Part shown: positions 23,830 through 34,863 of the stretch, one piece after another
Numbering within the stretch: position 1 is the first letter of the stretch
Layout of the letters: the number at the start of each line of letters is the position of its first letter
Source of the DNA: an uncultured SAR116 cluster alpha proteobacterium
GTDB taxonomy: Bacteria > Pseudomonadota > Alphaproteobacteria > Puniceispirillales > Marisalimonadaceae
Direction of reading: 5' to 3'
Assembly (NCBI GenBank): GCA_902595515.1
Contig: CACJQK010000005.1
Span: forward strand, 3,163-67,162
Length of the DNA: 64,000 bases
The notes under the pieces: model-generated
Told to the model about the DNA's origin: nothing
What the model saw: only the letters and a program-made list of their open reading frames with translations
Database searches by the model: none
Position numbers and translations under genes: made by a program

Positions 23830-25488
23830 TTATTCAACTCTATTGATATGGACGCTTACTGCAGGTCTCTTTAAAAAAGTTGATTTAAATTCACTTCTAA
23901 TGATCTTTTTTATTTTGTTAATAATGTCATCGTCAGATTTTGATATACTTATCATATTATCATCTATAAAACTCTCAATTTTTAAAGAAATACTAATTAA
24001 AAAATTGTCCATTGTGTTACTGTCTGATACCCCTATTTGTGAGATCTGCGGAGGAGCAACTAAATAACCTTCTTCATTGATAACAACTGAAACACTTACA
24101 AATCCATTCCATAATGAATGTCTTCTAACTGTAAACCTCTCATTATTTATAGGAACAATTTCACCAGCATCATACACATGATTGACAAAATCAATTTTTG
24201 AAATCACGTTAGGAGAAGATCCATTTAACTTTATAACATCTCCATTTTTTGGTTTTATAATTTTTGGTACCTGACATTTATGAGCTAGTTCCGCGTGTGC
24301 ATCTATATGCTTTCTAGTTCCATGCACTGGAATTGAAATTTTTGGCTTTATGTAAGAGTACATGTCGATTAATTCATCTTTTGAAGGATGACCAGAAACG
24401 TGCACATTTTTATCATCATCTGTAATTATTTCAACACCCTTTTCTAGAAATCGCGTCTGAACTTTTAATATAGCATTTTCATTTCCTGGTATTTTCCTAC
24501 TGGAAAAAATTACTGAATCATCTTTTTTTAATTTAATATATTTATCAGCATCTCTAGAAATTCTATTTAAAGCCGAATTTGGCTCGCCCTGAGATCCAGT
24601 GGAAATTATTAAAACATTAGACCTAGGAATTAAATTAAGGTCATTTACAGATAATAAATCAGGTAAATTATCTAAAATTCCAACCTCTTTTGCAGCATCA
24701 ATTGCCCTTAATAGCGCTCTACCAATAATTAACACTGATCTATCAGATTTTTTAGCTATATCTAATAATGATTTAATCCTACTAATATTAGAAGAAAAAC
24801 AAGTAACTAGCACCATTCCTTTTACATTAGCAATGGTTTCCATCAATCCATGATAAGCAAAATCCTCTGATGGAGTTCTACCTTCAACTAAAGCATTAGT
24901 AGAATCACAAACCATTGCCAAAATTCCGTCATTTCCTAAAGATCGAAAATCATTTATATCAATGTTTTCATTGATATTAGAAGAGTTGTCTAGTTTCCAA
25001 TCTCCTGAATGAAAAATATTACCTGTGTTTGTAGAAATTAAAATTGACACAGGATCAGGAATGGAATGTGAAGTTCTTATAGCTTTTAATTTAAAGGGAC
25101 CAATTTCAAATATTTCATCTATATTTAAAGTTTTTAATTTAATTTTATCATTTTTATTATTTTCTTTTAATTTTCTTTTTAAGAGAGCAATGGTAAAAGG
25201 TGTACCCCAAACAGGACATTTTATACTGTTTGCAAAATATGGTATTGCTCCTATATGATCTTCATGTCCATGTGTTAAAATTATACCTAAAAATTTGTTA
25301 CCAAGAGATTTGATGAATTCATAATCTGGCAATAAAACATCAATACCTAAGTCTGTCTCATCAGGAAATGAAATGCCAAAATCAACTAGAATCCATTTAT
25401 CATCATAATGATATAAATTTGCATTCATACCTATTTCTTCAGATCCACCAACAGGCAAAAATAATAAATCAGATTTATCCCAAAACAT
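23830..25488 (-). CDS. rnj: Ribonuclease J
   Basis: GGSEEIGMN, THGHEDHIG, TGSQGE, HVSGH, PVHG. Confidence 0.95.
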   Translation of the reverse strand: MFWDKSDLLFLPVGGSEEIGMNANLYHYDDKWILVDFGISFPDETDLGIDVLLPDYEFIKSLGNKFLGIILTHGHEDHIGAIPYFANSIKCPVWGTPFTIALLKRKLKENNKNDKIKLKTLNIDEIFEIGPFKLKAIRTSHSIPDPVSILISTNTGNIFHSGDWKLDNSSNINENIDINDFRSLGNDGILAMVCDSTNALVEGRTPSEDFAYHGLMETIANVKGMVLVTCFSSNISRIKSLLDIAKKSDRSVLIIGRALLRAIDAAKEVGILDNLPDLLSVNDLNLIPRSNVLIISTGSQGEPNSALNRISRDADKYIKLKKDDSVIFSSRKIPGNENAILKVQTRFLEKGVEIITDDDKNVHVSGHPSKDELIDMYSYIKPKISIPVHGTRKHIDAHAELAHKCQVPKIIKPKNGDVIKLNGSSPNVISKIDFVNHVYDAGEIVPINNERFTVRRHSLWNGFVSVSVVINEEGYLVAPPQISQIGVSDSNTMDNFLISISLKIESFIDDNMISISKSDDDIINKIKKIIRSEFKSTFLKRPAVSVHINRVE

Positions 25489-25505
25489 ATTTTTCTTTCA
25501 AATAA

Positions 25506-26300
25506 CTAATTTTTATTATTTAAGTATAACTTTACTAAACCAATTAAAGTTAAATCATCTACAATGACATCAATACTTTTTACCGATTTTTTGAATAAAT
25601 TACTTAATCCACCAGTTGCTACAACTTTGTAATCAGAGAATTTATTAACTGATTTTATCTTTTCAATCAAACCCTCGATCATTGATACATACCCCCAAAA
25701 TATTCCAGATTCCATAGCACTTATAGTATTTTTTCCAATTATTGAAGAATTCTTATCAACCAAAGATCTAAGTGACACTTTTGGTAAATTGGCTGTAGCT
25801 AAATAAAGAGCCTCCAAAGATAAGTTCACACCAGGAGCAATTATACCTCCATTATAGCTACCATTTTTCCCAACAATATCAAAAGTTGTGGCTGTACCAA
25901 AATCGATTATTATAGCAGGCGAAATTTTTAATTTCTCAGCAGCATACGAGTTAACTAATCTATCAGCTCCTGCTTCTTTGGGATTTTCAATATTAACTTT
26001 AATTCCTAAATTAAGAATGTTTTCATTAACAATCAATGTTTTTACATTCAAATATTTTTTTATTAAGGATTTTATGTTTAAAAGTGTTTCAGGTACAACT
26101 GATGCCACAGATACTCCTGTAACACTTTTTATATCAAATTTTGATACTTCAAACATCTTTAATAACCAAGGATAATACAAATCAGCTGTCCTTTTAGAGT
26201 CGTTATTAATTCTCCAACTAGTTAATTTTTTGATTTGTTTATTTGTGGTGTATAAAGCAAAAACAGTATTTGTATTGCCACAATCAATTGCTAATATCAT
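25506..26300 (-). CDS. coaX: Type III pantothenate kinase
   Basis: AIDCGNTNT, GADR, DFGTATT, TGG. Confidence 0.95.
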   Translation of the reverse strand: MILAIDCGNTNTVFALYTTNKQIKKLTSWRINNDSKRTADLYYPWLLKMFEVSKFDIKSVTGVSVASVVPETLLNIKSLIKKYLNVKTLIVNENILNLGIKVNIENPKEAGADRLVNSYAAEKLKISPAIIIDFGTATTFDIVGKNGSYNGGIIAPGVNLSLEALYLATANLPKVSLRSLVDKNSSIIGKNTISAMESGIFWGYVSMIEGLIEKIKSVNKFSDYKVVATGGLSNLFKKSVKSIDVIVDDLTLIGLVKLYLNNKN

Positions 26301-27037
26301 GATAATTCTTCATCTGGGAAAAAAAAATTATCGACGGAATAATATTCTAAAAATTCATTGTCAACTTTAATCTTCAAACTTCCATTATCTCCTAAGCCTA
26401 AAAAAACTCCATTAACATCTTCAGATTGAGAGTTTAATTTGATAACAATTTTATTATTAATGTTATAAATATTATTATTTATCTTTATTTTAAAAAAATT
26501 AAATCCCTTATCTTCCCAAATAGCGTAATTTTTAAATGTTATTTTTAATATTGCATTAGCAATATATTTAAGAGAAAAATCTTTATTTATATGATCATAC
26601 AATTTAGTAGTTTTCCATTTTATTTCATTTTGTGGTTTTTTTAAAATATTTAATCCAATTCCAGCCACGATAAAATCATCAAACGATTCTAGTAAAACAC
26701 CTGATATTTTACTTTTATTAACAAGTACATCATTTGGCCACTTTAATTCAATAATATTTTCATCTACACCTAAGGTAATTAAAGTCTCTAATATTGATAA
26801 ACCAATTATTAATGAAAGTTGATTCCAATTTACTTTATTTGTATTCGGTCTAAAAATTGTGGATAAGAAAAGATTACCTTTCATTGATTCCCATTGATTG
26901 TTATTTCTACCTCGTCCGTTTTTTTGTAAGTAAGATAAATATGAACTACCTTCTGGTAATCCTTTTTTTGCGTTTTTTATAGCTACATCATTTGTACTAG
27001 AACAAGTTTGTAAAATATTTAGATCAAAATATCTCAA
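26297..27037 (-). CDS. birA: Biotin-protein ligase (no HTH)
   Basis: SSTN, GRGR...W, KWPNDV...KISGVL, GIGLN. Confidence 0.93.
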   Translation of the reverse strand: MRYFDLNILQTCSSTNDVAIKNAKKGLPEGSSYLSYLQKNGRGRNNNQWESMKGNLFLSTIFRPNTNKVNWNQLSLIIGLSILETLITLGVDENIIELKWPNDVLVNKSKISGVLLESFDDFIVAGIGLNILKKPQNEIKWKTTKLYDHINKDFSLKYIANAILKITFKNYAIWEDKGFNFFKIKINNNIYNINNKIVIKLNSQSEDVNGVFLGLGDNGSLKIKVDNEFLEYYSVDNFFFPDEELS

Positions 27038-27056
27038 AAGTTTACCTTTATAGGTA

Positions 27057-28757
27057 TCATCTATTAAAATCGTAAGAAGTAAAAGATTTTAGATAATATT
27101 TAAATAATTTATTATTTTTGATTTTTAAATTATCTCCCAATTTCGGAATAATAAGATAATTTAAAAAAGCTAAAAAAATTCCAATGTAACATACAATATT
27201 TCTAGTTTCAAAAATCCATTGATTGTTGTCAAAATTATGATTTAAAGAAAATTTAGTACCACCAACTAGTACTAAACGCCATATGTTTTCACCGAAATTA
27301 CCTGAAAATAAATTATTAAAATACCAACCAGAAAAAATTACAAAAATAGATAAAACTAATAGAATAAATTTTAAATAATATGATCCATCTTCTATCTTAT
27401 TATATAAATGGATATTACAATTATTTTGACCTAAAAACACAACTAAAATAATCTTGAAAGAAATATAGCTAATTATAAAAGCATAAAAAAAACATAAGCT
27501 TAATATTAAAAAATAATTTTCTTCATTAATTAATGATAATTCAGATAAAAATAATTGATTAGAATAAAATCCAGAAAAATATGGTATTCCCAATAATGAA
27601 ATAAAACCAATTAAAATGAACAGAAATATAGAAGGACATTTGACTATGAGGTAACCCATTTTTCTAATATCATGTTCATCATTTAATTTGTGTGAAATGA
27701 TCCCAAAACTGAAAGATAGAATTAACAAAGATATTGTTGATGTAAAAAAATGAAAAACTACTGCATTATATAACTTTAAACCAACTGCAATTAACATAAA
27801 ACTAAATTGAGCAGACGCAATATACAAAAACAATTTTTTCAAATTATATGATCGAATTAGTAAAAATAAAAAAATGAAACATAAAATAGAACCTAATATT
27901 AATATAATATGTGAATAATCTTGACTTATATAAGTTAAAGATAAAAAACGTAAAAGAAAATAAAGTCCAACAGGGAAATACAGAGCATATAAAATAAGTG
28001 AATACAAACTTGAATTAAATTTTAATACATCATACCTGGAATCTGAAATATAAAATTGACGAAACCTGAGTAAAAAAGAAAAAAACAAAATTACAAATAC
28101 AAATTGAAAACTACTGATGGATTTGTTTAAAATAGTTAATTTACTTTCAATAATTTGCAAACTTTTAAAAATAACATCAAAGTTTATTGAGTTTGAAAAT
28201 GTATAAATAAAGTACAAACTTAAAAAAAAACAGAGATCAGAGATTCTGTTTTCAAAAAAAGTATTTCTATTATCAACCTTATAGTACGAAATATTAGAAA
28301 TCAAATAAGAAGATAAAATTATTATATACCACCCTAAAAAAAACTGAATTAAATTATTTGAAGATATTAGTACTAGCAGACCAAAAATCGAAAGTGATAA
28401 ATAACTATTTATTTGACAATTGATTACATTGTTTTTTGATAAATTTATTGAGTATACTGAAATTAATAATCCTGTAAAAGTAACCAAAACTGCTAAGCCA
28501 GACACCAACAAGTCAAATCTTAGTTTCCATTCCATAAATAAATTTTCTAATTTAATGAAAGTATAGAAAAATAATGGTAGATCGTTATCTAAATTTAAAA
28601 TTTTTATAAAAACATATAAGCTTAAAAGAAAAGAAAGACCGAAAAGAAAAATGTTAATCACATATAGAATTTCATATCTTATTTTTTGTTTAAAAAACTC
28701 AAATAATAAAAAACTTAACAATGGGAAAATAAATAAAAATATTTCCATGTTCCACAA
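27057..28757 (-). CDS. Highly diverged NuoL-like (ND5/antiporter-family) membrane protein, C-terminally shortened, most pumping residues lost
   Basis: Colinear with NuoL by eye: WKLRFD, NLIQFFLGW, NRISD, FH, EHDIRKMG, GIPYFSGFYS; sits in the nuo position upstream of birA; uninterrupted 566-codon ORF. Confidence 0.85.
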   Translation of the reverse strand: MWNMEIFLFIFPLLSFLLFEFFKQKIRYEILYVINIFLFGLSFLLSLYVFIKILNLDNDLPLFFYTFIKLENLFMEWKLRFDLLVSGLAVLVTFTGLLISVYSINLSKNNVINCQINSYLSLSIFGLLVLISSNNLIQFFLGWYIIILSSYLISNISYYKVDNRNTFFENRISDLCFFLSLYFIYTFSNSINFDVIFKSLQIIESKLTILNKSISSFQFVFVILFFSFLLRFRQFYISDSRYDVLKFNSSLYSLILYALYFPVGLYFLLRFLSLTYISQDYSHIILILGSILCFIFLFLLIRSYNLKKLFLYIASAQFSFMLIAVGLKLYNAVVFHFFTSTISLLILSFSFGIISHKLNDEHDIRKMGYLIVKCPSIFLFILIGFISLLGIPYFSGFYSNQLFLSELSLINEENYFLILSLCFFYAFIISYISFKIILVVFLGQNNCNIHLYNKIEDGSYYLKFILLVLSIFVIFSGWYFNNLFSGNFGENIWRLVLVGGTKFSLNHNFDNNQWIFETRNIVCYIGIFLAFLNYLIIPKLGDNLKIKNNKLFKYYLKSFTSYDFNR

Positions 28758-28844
28758 CTTTATTTTTAACTATAAAATATAATATAAAGTTGCGTATGTA
28801 ACTAAAAAAATCAGTTTATGACTTTGAAAAATTAATAATTAAGG

Positions 28845-30065
28845 TTATCCCCCAAAATCATCGAGCATGATATCTTCCTTATCAACACCTAGATCAAGAA
28901 GCATATTTATAACTGATTGATTCATCATAGGTGGACCACACATATAATATTCACAATCTTCTGGTGCAGGATGGTCCTTAAGGTACTGTTCATATAAAAC
29001 GTTATGAATAAATCCAGTAAGACCATCCCATTTGTCTTCAGGCATTGCATCAGAGAGAGCTACATGCCAACTGAAGTTTGAATTCTCTTTTGCTAATTTA
29101 TTAAAGTCCTCAACATAAAACATTTCTTTTTTTGATCTTGCACCATACCAAAAGGTAACTTTACGTTTAGTATTAATTCTATTAAATTGATCAAAAAGAT
29201 GACTTCTCATAGGAGCCATACCAGCTCCACCTCCAATAAAAACCATTTCTTTATCTGTTTCTCTAGCAAAGAACTCACCAAATGGACCAGAAATTACCAC
29301 CTCATCACCAGGTTTTAAGTTAAAAATATATGAAGACATCTTTCCAGCAGGAATTCCTGATGAACCAGGCGGTGGAGAGGCTATTCTTACATTAAGCATA
29401 ACAATACCTTTTTCATCAGGACAATTAGCCATAGAATAAGCTCTTTCTATAGGCTCATTACTTTCAGCGTTGAAATCCCATATTTTGAATCTATCCCAAT
29501 CTTCATGATATTCTTTTGCAACGTCAAAATCCTTATATGATAGTGAATATCTTGGCGCCTCAATTTGTATATACCCTCCTGCTCTGAAATTAACATCTTC
29601 TCCATCTGGAAGTTCTAATATTAATTCTTTTATAAAAGTAGCAACGTTATCATTGCTTCTAACTTTGCATCTCCATTTTTTAACACCAAAAACTTCTTCT
29701 GGAACCTCAATTTCCATATCTTGCTTTACAGCAACTTGACATGACAAACGATCTCCACAAGAAGCTTCTCTTTTGTTAATATGACTCTCCTCAGTAGGTA
29801 AAATAGCTCCACCACCTGAGTGAACTTTAACTCGACACTGAGCACAAGTTCCACCTCCTCCACAAGCTGACGGAACAAAAAGTTTTTCTGCTGCAAGAGT
29901 TTGTAATAATTTACCTCCAGCTGGAACAGATACAGTTTTTTCACCATTAATGGTAATATTTACATCACCTGATGAAACTAACTTACTTCTAGCAAATATG
30001 ATGATTGAAACTAAAGTAAGCACTATCATTGTAAAAAGAGTTATACCGAGTACAAATGTATCCAT
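28845..30065 (-). CDS. nqrF: Na+-NQR subunit F
   Basis: [12 protein letters not shown] 2Fe-2[29 protein letters not shown]. Confidence 0.98.
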   Translation of the reverse strand: MDTFVLGITLFTMIVLTLVSIIIFARSKLVSSGDVNITINGEKTVSVPAGGKLLQTLAAEKLFVPSACGGGGTCAQCRVKVHSGGGAILPTEESHINKREASCGDRLSCQVAVKQDMEIEVPEEVFGVKKWRCKVRSNDNVATFIKELILELPDGEDVNFRAGGYIQIEAPRYSLSYKDFDVAKEYHEDWDRFKIWDFNAESNEPIERAYSMANCPDEKGIVMLNVRIASPPPGSSGIPAGKMSSYIFNLKPGDEVVISGPFGEFFARETDKEMVFIGGGAGMAPMRSHLFDQFNRINTKRKVTFWYGARSKKEMFYVEDFNKLAKENSNFSWHVALSDAMPEDKWDGLTGFIHNVLYEQYLKDHPAPEDCEYYMCGPPMMNQSVINMLLDLGVDKEDIMLDDFGG

Positions 30066-30076
30066 TTCAAAGTCCT

Positions 30077-30685
30077 TTAAAGTTTAACACCTGAAAAACA
30101 CATAAAAGCCATCGCCATAAGCCCAGCAGTTATAAAGGTTATTCCAAGTCCTTGTAAGCCGTCAGGTATATCACTATACTTAAGCTTTTCTCTGACTCCA
30201 GCCATAGTAGCAATAGCTAAAGCCCAACCAAAACCTGAAGCTATCCCATAAGTTGTAGCTTCTGAAAAATTATAATCTCTTTCTACCATAAATAGTGAAC
30301 CTCCTAATATTGCGCAATTTACAGTAATCAAAGGAAGAAATATTCCAAGTGCATTATATAGTGGTGGAAAATATTTGTCTAATATCATCTCTAAAATTTG
30401 AACCAATGCAGCAATAACACCAATGTAAGAAATAAGTCCTAGAAAAGTTAAATCAATGTTTGGAAATCCTGCCCAAGCTAATGCACCTGGTTTTAACAAA
30501 TAAGAAAGTATAATATTATTAGCTGGAACAGTTATTGACTGAACTATCATTACTGAAATACCTAAGCCAATGGCTGTTGATATTTTTTTAGAAACTGCAA
30601 TGAAAGTGCACATCCCTAAAAAGAAAGATAAAGCTAAATTTTCTACAAAAATTGCTTTTACAGCTAATGAAATCAAACCTTCCAT
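30077..30685 (-). CDS. nqrE: Na+-NQR subunit E
   Basis: [26 protein letters not shown]. Confidence 0.97.
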   Translation of the reverse strand: MEGLISLAVKAIFVENLALSFFLGMCTFIAVSKKISTAIGLGISVMIVQSITVPANNIILSYLLKPGALAWAGFPNIDLTFLGLISYIGVIAALVQILEMILDKYFPPLYNALGIFLPLITVNCAILGGSLFMVERDYNFSEATTYGIASGFGWALAIATMAGVREKLKYSDIPDGLQGLGITFITAGLMAMAFMCFSGVKL

Positions 30686-31338
30686 TAATGTTCCTCTAGT
30701 GTTTGTATTTTATATTCTCGGGCCTCAACTTGTGACTTTTTCCATGTCCTAACACCCCAAATGATAAATCCAATAATAAAAAAAGCTGAGGGAGGAAGAA
30801 GTAACAAACCATTAGGAACATACCACCCACCATTGCTCACAGGTTCAAAAATCATTACCCCAAATAATGATCCAGAACCAAAAAGCTCACGAATTACTCC
30901 AACACTCATCAATAAAAGACTATATCCTAGACCATTTCCAACACCATCTACAAATGATTCAAATGGCTTGTTTTTCATCGCAAAAGCCTCTGCTCTTCCC
31001 ATAACAATACAATTTGTGATAATCAAACCTACAAAAACTGATAATGTTTTTGAAATCTCATAAGCATATGCTTTTATGATTTGGTCAACTAGAATTACCA
31101 ATGATGCAATTATTACCATCTGAACAATAATTCTGATTGAATTTGGAATATAATGCCTTAAAAAAGAAATAAATAAAGACGAAAATCCACAAACAGCTAT
31201 CACAGCTAAAGACATAACAAATGCAACATTCAAAGAAGATGTTACCGCCAATGCAGAACAAATTCCTAATACTTGAAGTGTTATAGGGTTGTTATCTACC
31301 AATGGATCAGTAAGTAGTTGTTTCCTAGTTTGAGACAT
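30685..31338 (-). CDS. nqrD: Na+-NQR subunit D
   Basis: [34 protein letters not shown]. Confidence 0.97.
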   Translation of the reverse strand: MSQTRKQLLTDPLVDNNPITLQVLGICSALAVTSSLNVAFVMSLAVIAVCGFSSLFISFLRHYIPNSIRIIVQMVIIASLVILVDQIIKAYAYEISKTLSVFVGLIITNCIVMGRAEAFAMKNKPFESFVDGVGNGLGYSLLLMSVGVIRELFGSGSLFGVMIFEPVSNGGWYVPNGLLLLPPSAFFIIGFIIWGVRTWKKSQVEAREYKIQTLEEH

Positions 31339-32129
31339 TAAGCTGCTCCATTTTTTAAGTTTGTTAGAAACTTTTTAAAACCATACTCACCCATCCAAAA
31401 TTTTACTAAATTATCAACACCATTTGATGTAAGGGTAGCTCCAGCTAAAGCATCAATATGATGATCCTTATACTTTTGCGTTTTAGCTACTGTGATCATC
31501 AGTTCACCACTATCATTATTGAGTTTCTTTCCTTTCCATTGTGCTTTCCATTTAGGATTATCTACTTCAGCCCCTAATCCAGGTGTTTCTGCATGTTGGT
31601 AAAATTGAAGACCAAAAATATCATTACCATTTTTTTCTAAAGCTATAAAACCATATAATGTTGACCACAAACCATAACCATGAATAGGAAGTATAATTTT
31701 ATCTAAAGATCCGTCTTCTTTTTTAAGGAGGTAGACAGTTGCAAAGTTGGTTCTCCTTCCTATTGAAGCAGGATCTTCTTTTAATGGTATACTTAATAGA
31801 GGATCTTGTGCAGCCTTTCTATCGTCAAAAGTTAAAGGATCAAAACGATTTGTAAATTTACCCTGATTTAAGTCAACAACTACTGGGTCGAATGAAGAAA
31901 ATGATTTTTCAACATCAATCCCTTCATAATAAAGTCCGGCTACTTGAAGAATATTTTTTTGTTTATCAACTGCTTTATTAACTTCCTGAACTTCTTTTAA
32001 ATTAACAGCAGCAAAAGAAACAACCATAGAACAAACAAGACATAGAGTTATTGCAACAAATAAAGTTTTAGTCATACCATCAACTGGCATATTTTTAAAT
32101 TTAGTTAAAATATTATTGGGTTTGGACAT
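31338..32129 (-). CDS. nqrC: Na+-NQR subunit C
   Basis: GYGLWS, ETPGLG, FMN site [10 protein letters not shown]. Confidence 0.97.
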   Translation of the reverse strand: MSKPNNILTKFKNMPVDGMTKTLFVAITLCLVCSMVVSFAAVNLKEVQEVNKAVDKQKNILQVAGLYYEGIDVEKSFSSFDPVVVDLNQGKFTNRFDPLTFDDRKAAQDPLLSIPLKEDPASIGRRTNFATVYLLKKEDGSLDKIILPIHGYGLWSTLYGFIALEKNGNDIFGLQFYQHAETPGLGAEVDNPKWKAQWKGKKLNNDSGELMITVAKTQKYKDHHIDALAGATLTSNGVDNLVKFWMGEYGFKKFLTNLKNGAA

Positions 32130-33330
32130 TTAATTTTGTCCTTCTCTTAATATTTGCCATAACAACAAAATGATCGATCAATGGCGCGAATATGTTTCCA
32201 AATAAAATTGCTAACATCATACCTTCAGGAAATGCAGGATTTAAAACCCTTATCATTACAACCATAAAACCTATCAATGCGCCGTATATGTATCGTCCAA
32301 GGTTTGTATGACTGCCAGACACAGGTTCAGTAACCATAAAAACTAATCCAAAAGCATAGCTTCCAATAACTAAATGCCAATACCAAGGCATACTAAACAT
32401 TGGGTTTGTGTCAGAGCCTACCAAATTAAGAAATGAAGAAAAAATTATCATTCCTAAAAGACATCCTACAACCATTCTATAATTTGCAATTTTTGTTAAA
32501 AGAAGAAAAACCAAACCTATTGCGCATGCAAGTGTAGACGTTTCACCAAGTGAACCTTGAATAGTCCCTAAAAAAGCATCTGCCCATGTGATACCGTAAT
32601 TACTTAAACTTTCATATCCTTCGGCAGCTGCTATTCCAAGAGAAGTAGCTCCTGAATATCCATCAACTGGTGTCCAGATTGAGTCACCTGACATATAAGC
32701 AGGGTAAGCAAAATATAAAAATGCACGACCTGTAAGTGCTGGATTAAGAAAGTTCTTACCAGTTCCACCAAAAACCTCTTTGCCAACTACTACACCAAAA
32801 GAAATACCAAGTGCTACCTGCCATAAAGGAGTAGATGCAGGCAAGGTTAATGCAAACAACATAGAAGAGACTAAAAAACCTTCATTAACTTCATGGCCTC
32901 TAATTGTAGCAAATGTTACTTCACAGATACCTCCAGCTATTAAGGTAGTTAAATAAATTGGTAAAAAATACAATAATCCATGAATAATATTCGAGACTAA
33001 ATTCTCTGGACTAATTCCTACGCCAATAAATTGAAGCAATGATATACGCCACCCTAATTGCGATTCAACACCAACAGTAGCTAAAGCACTGTTGGTCTGT
33101 AAACCAGTATTGTAAAGTGCCCATAAGATACATGGTATAGTAGAAATAACAACGTAGGTCATTACCCTTTTCATATCTACAAAACTTCTAGCGTGAGGAG
33201 CAACTTTTGTAACTGTGTTACTTGTAAAAAATATCGTCTCAACCATTTCGAAAAGTGGATAATACTTTTCGTATTTGCCGCCTTTTTCAAAGTGAGGTTC
33301 TAGAGAATGGAAGTAATTTCTTAATGACAT
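32113..33330 (-). CDS. nqrB: Na+-NQR subunit B
   Basis: KEVFGGTGKNFLNPAL, FMN site DGYSGAT, GSLGETS. Confidence 0.97.
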   Translation of the reverse strand: MSLRNYFHSLEPHFEKGGKYEKYYPLFEMVETIFFTSNTVTKVAPHARSFVDMKRVMTYVVISTIPCILWALYNTGLQTNSALATVGVESQLGWRISLLQFIGVGISPENLVSNIIHGLLYFLPIYLTTLIAGGICEVTFATIRGHEVNEGFLVSSMLFALTLPASTPLWQVALGISFGVVVGKEVFGGTGKNFLNPALTGRAFLYFAYPAYMSGDSIWTPVDGYSGATSLGIAAAEGYESLSNYGITWADAFLGTIQGSLGETSTLACAIGLVFLLLTKIANYRMVVGCLLGMIIFSSFLNLVGSDTNPMFSMPWYWHLVIGSYAFGLVFMVTEPVSGSHTNLGRYIYGALIGFMVVMIRVLNPAFPEGMMLAILFGNIFAPLIDHFVVMANIKRRTKLNVQTQ

Positions 33331-33333
33331 TAA

Positions 33334-34677
33334 TTAACCTTCTTTTTCAATTTTTGTTAAACTGTCTCTTAGAGCAGTACCATATTCATATTTTGCAGGA
33401 CAAGCAAATGTGCATAACGCAATATCCTCCTCATCAAGTTCTAGCGCTCCTAATGATTGAGCAACATCGGTATCCATTACCAAAAGGGATCTAAGTAATT
33501 GTGTTGGCAAAAAATCCTGTGGCATTAAAGTTTCAAAAACACCTGTTGGAACCATCGCTCGTCTTCCTCCATTTAAATTTGAAGTAAGATTAAATAGTTT
33601 AAAAAAACTAAAAGCAGATAAAAGGACTGGCATAACTGAATATTTGTTAGGTTGAGGTTTAATCCAACCAAAAAAGTGTTTTTCTTTATCTTCTTTTATA
33701 ATTGTAATCTGCCTAGAATATTTTCCTAAATAAGCCATGTCTGCAGTCGCATGAAACCCTGACAGGATAGAACCTGAAATTATTCTACAATCGTCTGTTT
33801 TGTTATATTCTCCCTCTAGAATATCATCAAGAGATGCACCAATTATAGTCCTAACTAATCTAGGATTATTAGACATTGGACCAGAGATTGAAATCGTTCT
33901 ATTAATATCTATATATCCATTTATAAATAAATTACCAATAGCAATAACATCTTGATAATTAATTGACCAAACAGTCTTATTTGCATTTGGTGGGTCTAAA
34001 AAATGCATATGAGTACCACTCAAGCCAGCAGGGTGTGGTCCAGCGAATTCAAATGTATCAAATCCATTGACCTTAATTTCACTACCCTCTTTTTTACATA
34101 TAAAAACATTGCCATTGGTCAAAAGTGAAATACGTTTCACACCTTCTTCAAATGCATTTAGATCATTCATAATAATAATATCTGCATCTGGGCTGAGTGG
34201 CTCTGTATCCATAGCAGTTATAAAAATTGAAGATGGTTCAGATTGACTGTAAGGGATTTTTGAATAAGGTCTTGTTAGAAAGGAAGTCCACAAGCCACTG
34301 CTAAACAAGCATTTTTTTGTAAACTCTTTTTTTGATTTTTCTTTCAAGTGAAGTTTTTTTATTGCAATACCTTTATCATCTAAATCCTCTATATCAATAA
34401 CAACACTCAAAAGTGCTCTTTTTTCTCCCCTATTAATTTCTTTTACAAAACCTCTACAAGGTGAAACAAAAAAAACTTCAGGATTATCTTTGTGAAAAAA
34501 GAGAGGTGTTCCCCTGTTTACCTTATCTCCTACGTTAACAAGCATTTTAGGTTTAAGGCCGTTGTAATCAGGACCTAAAACTGCTACCGATTTTGGAATT
34601 TTGGTGTCTTCTACAACTTGTTTTGGTACTCCTGCAACAGGAATATTCAGACCTTTCTTAAGATTGAATTTATACAT
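33334..34677 (-). CDS. nqrA: Na+-NQR subunit A
   Basis: KKGLNIP, GPHPAG, LELDEED, CPAKYEYG. Confidence 0.97.
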   Translation of the reverse strand: MYKFNLKKGLNIPVAGVPKQVVEDTKIPKSVAVLGPDYNGLKPKMLVNVGDKVNRGTPLFFHKDNPEVFFVSPCRGFVKEINRGEKRALLSVVIDIEDLDDKGIAIKKLHLKEKSKKEFTKKCLFSSGLWTSFLTRPYSKIPYSQSEPSSIFITAMDTEPLSPDADIIIMNDLNAFEEGVKRISLLTNGNVFICKKEGSEIKVNGFDTFEFAGPHPAGLSGTHMHFLDPPNANKTVWSINYQDVIAIGNLFINGYIDINRTISISGPMSNNPRLVRTIIGASLDDILEGEYNKTDDCRIISGSILSGFHATADMAYLGKYSRQITIIKEDKEKHFFGWIKPQPNKYSVMPVLLSAFSFFKLFNLTSNLNGGRRAMVPTGVFETLMPQDFLPTQLLRSLLVMDTDVAQSLGALELDEEDIALCTFACPAKYEYGTALRDSLTKIEKEG

Positions 34678-34863
34678 TAAAAGTAATATTTACCTCTATT
34701 TAAAAAAAAATTTAATATGAATAAAACAAGTTTATATGAATATTGTTTTTGTATATAATATATTCAAAAAAAAACAAGAGTATATATGGATTTTTTTTTA
34801 TTTTTTTAAATAAAGAATATTCGTGACAATAATTAAATCAATTAATAGAAAAAAATAACTGGT

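Noticed and set aside
27057-28757. Functional Mrp antiporter or DabAB carbon pump subunit
   Set aside because: No mrpB-G or dabA partner nearby, key charged residues are missing, and position and sequence point to NuoL; a formal HMM test is still needed
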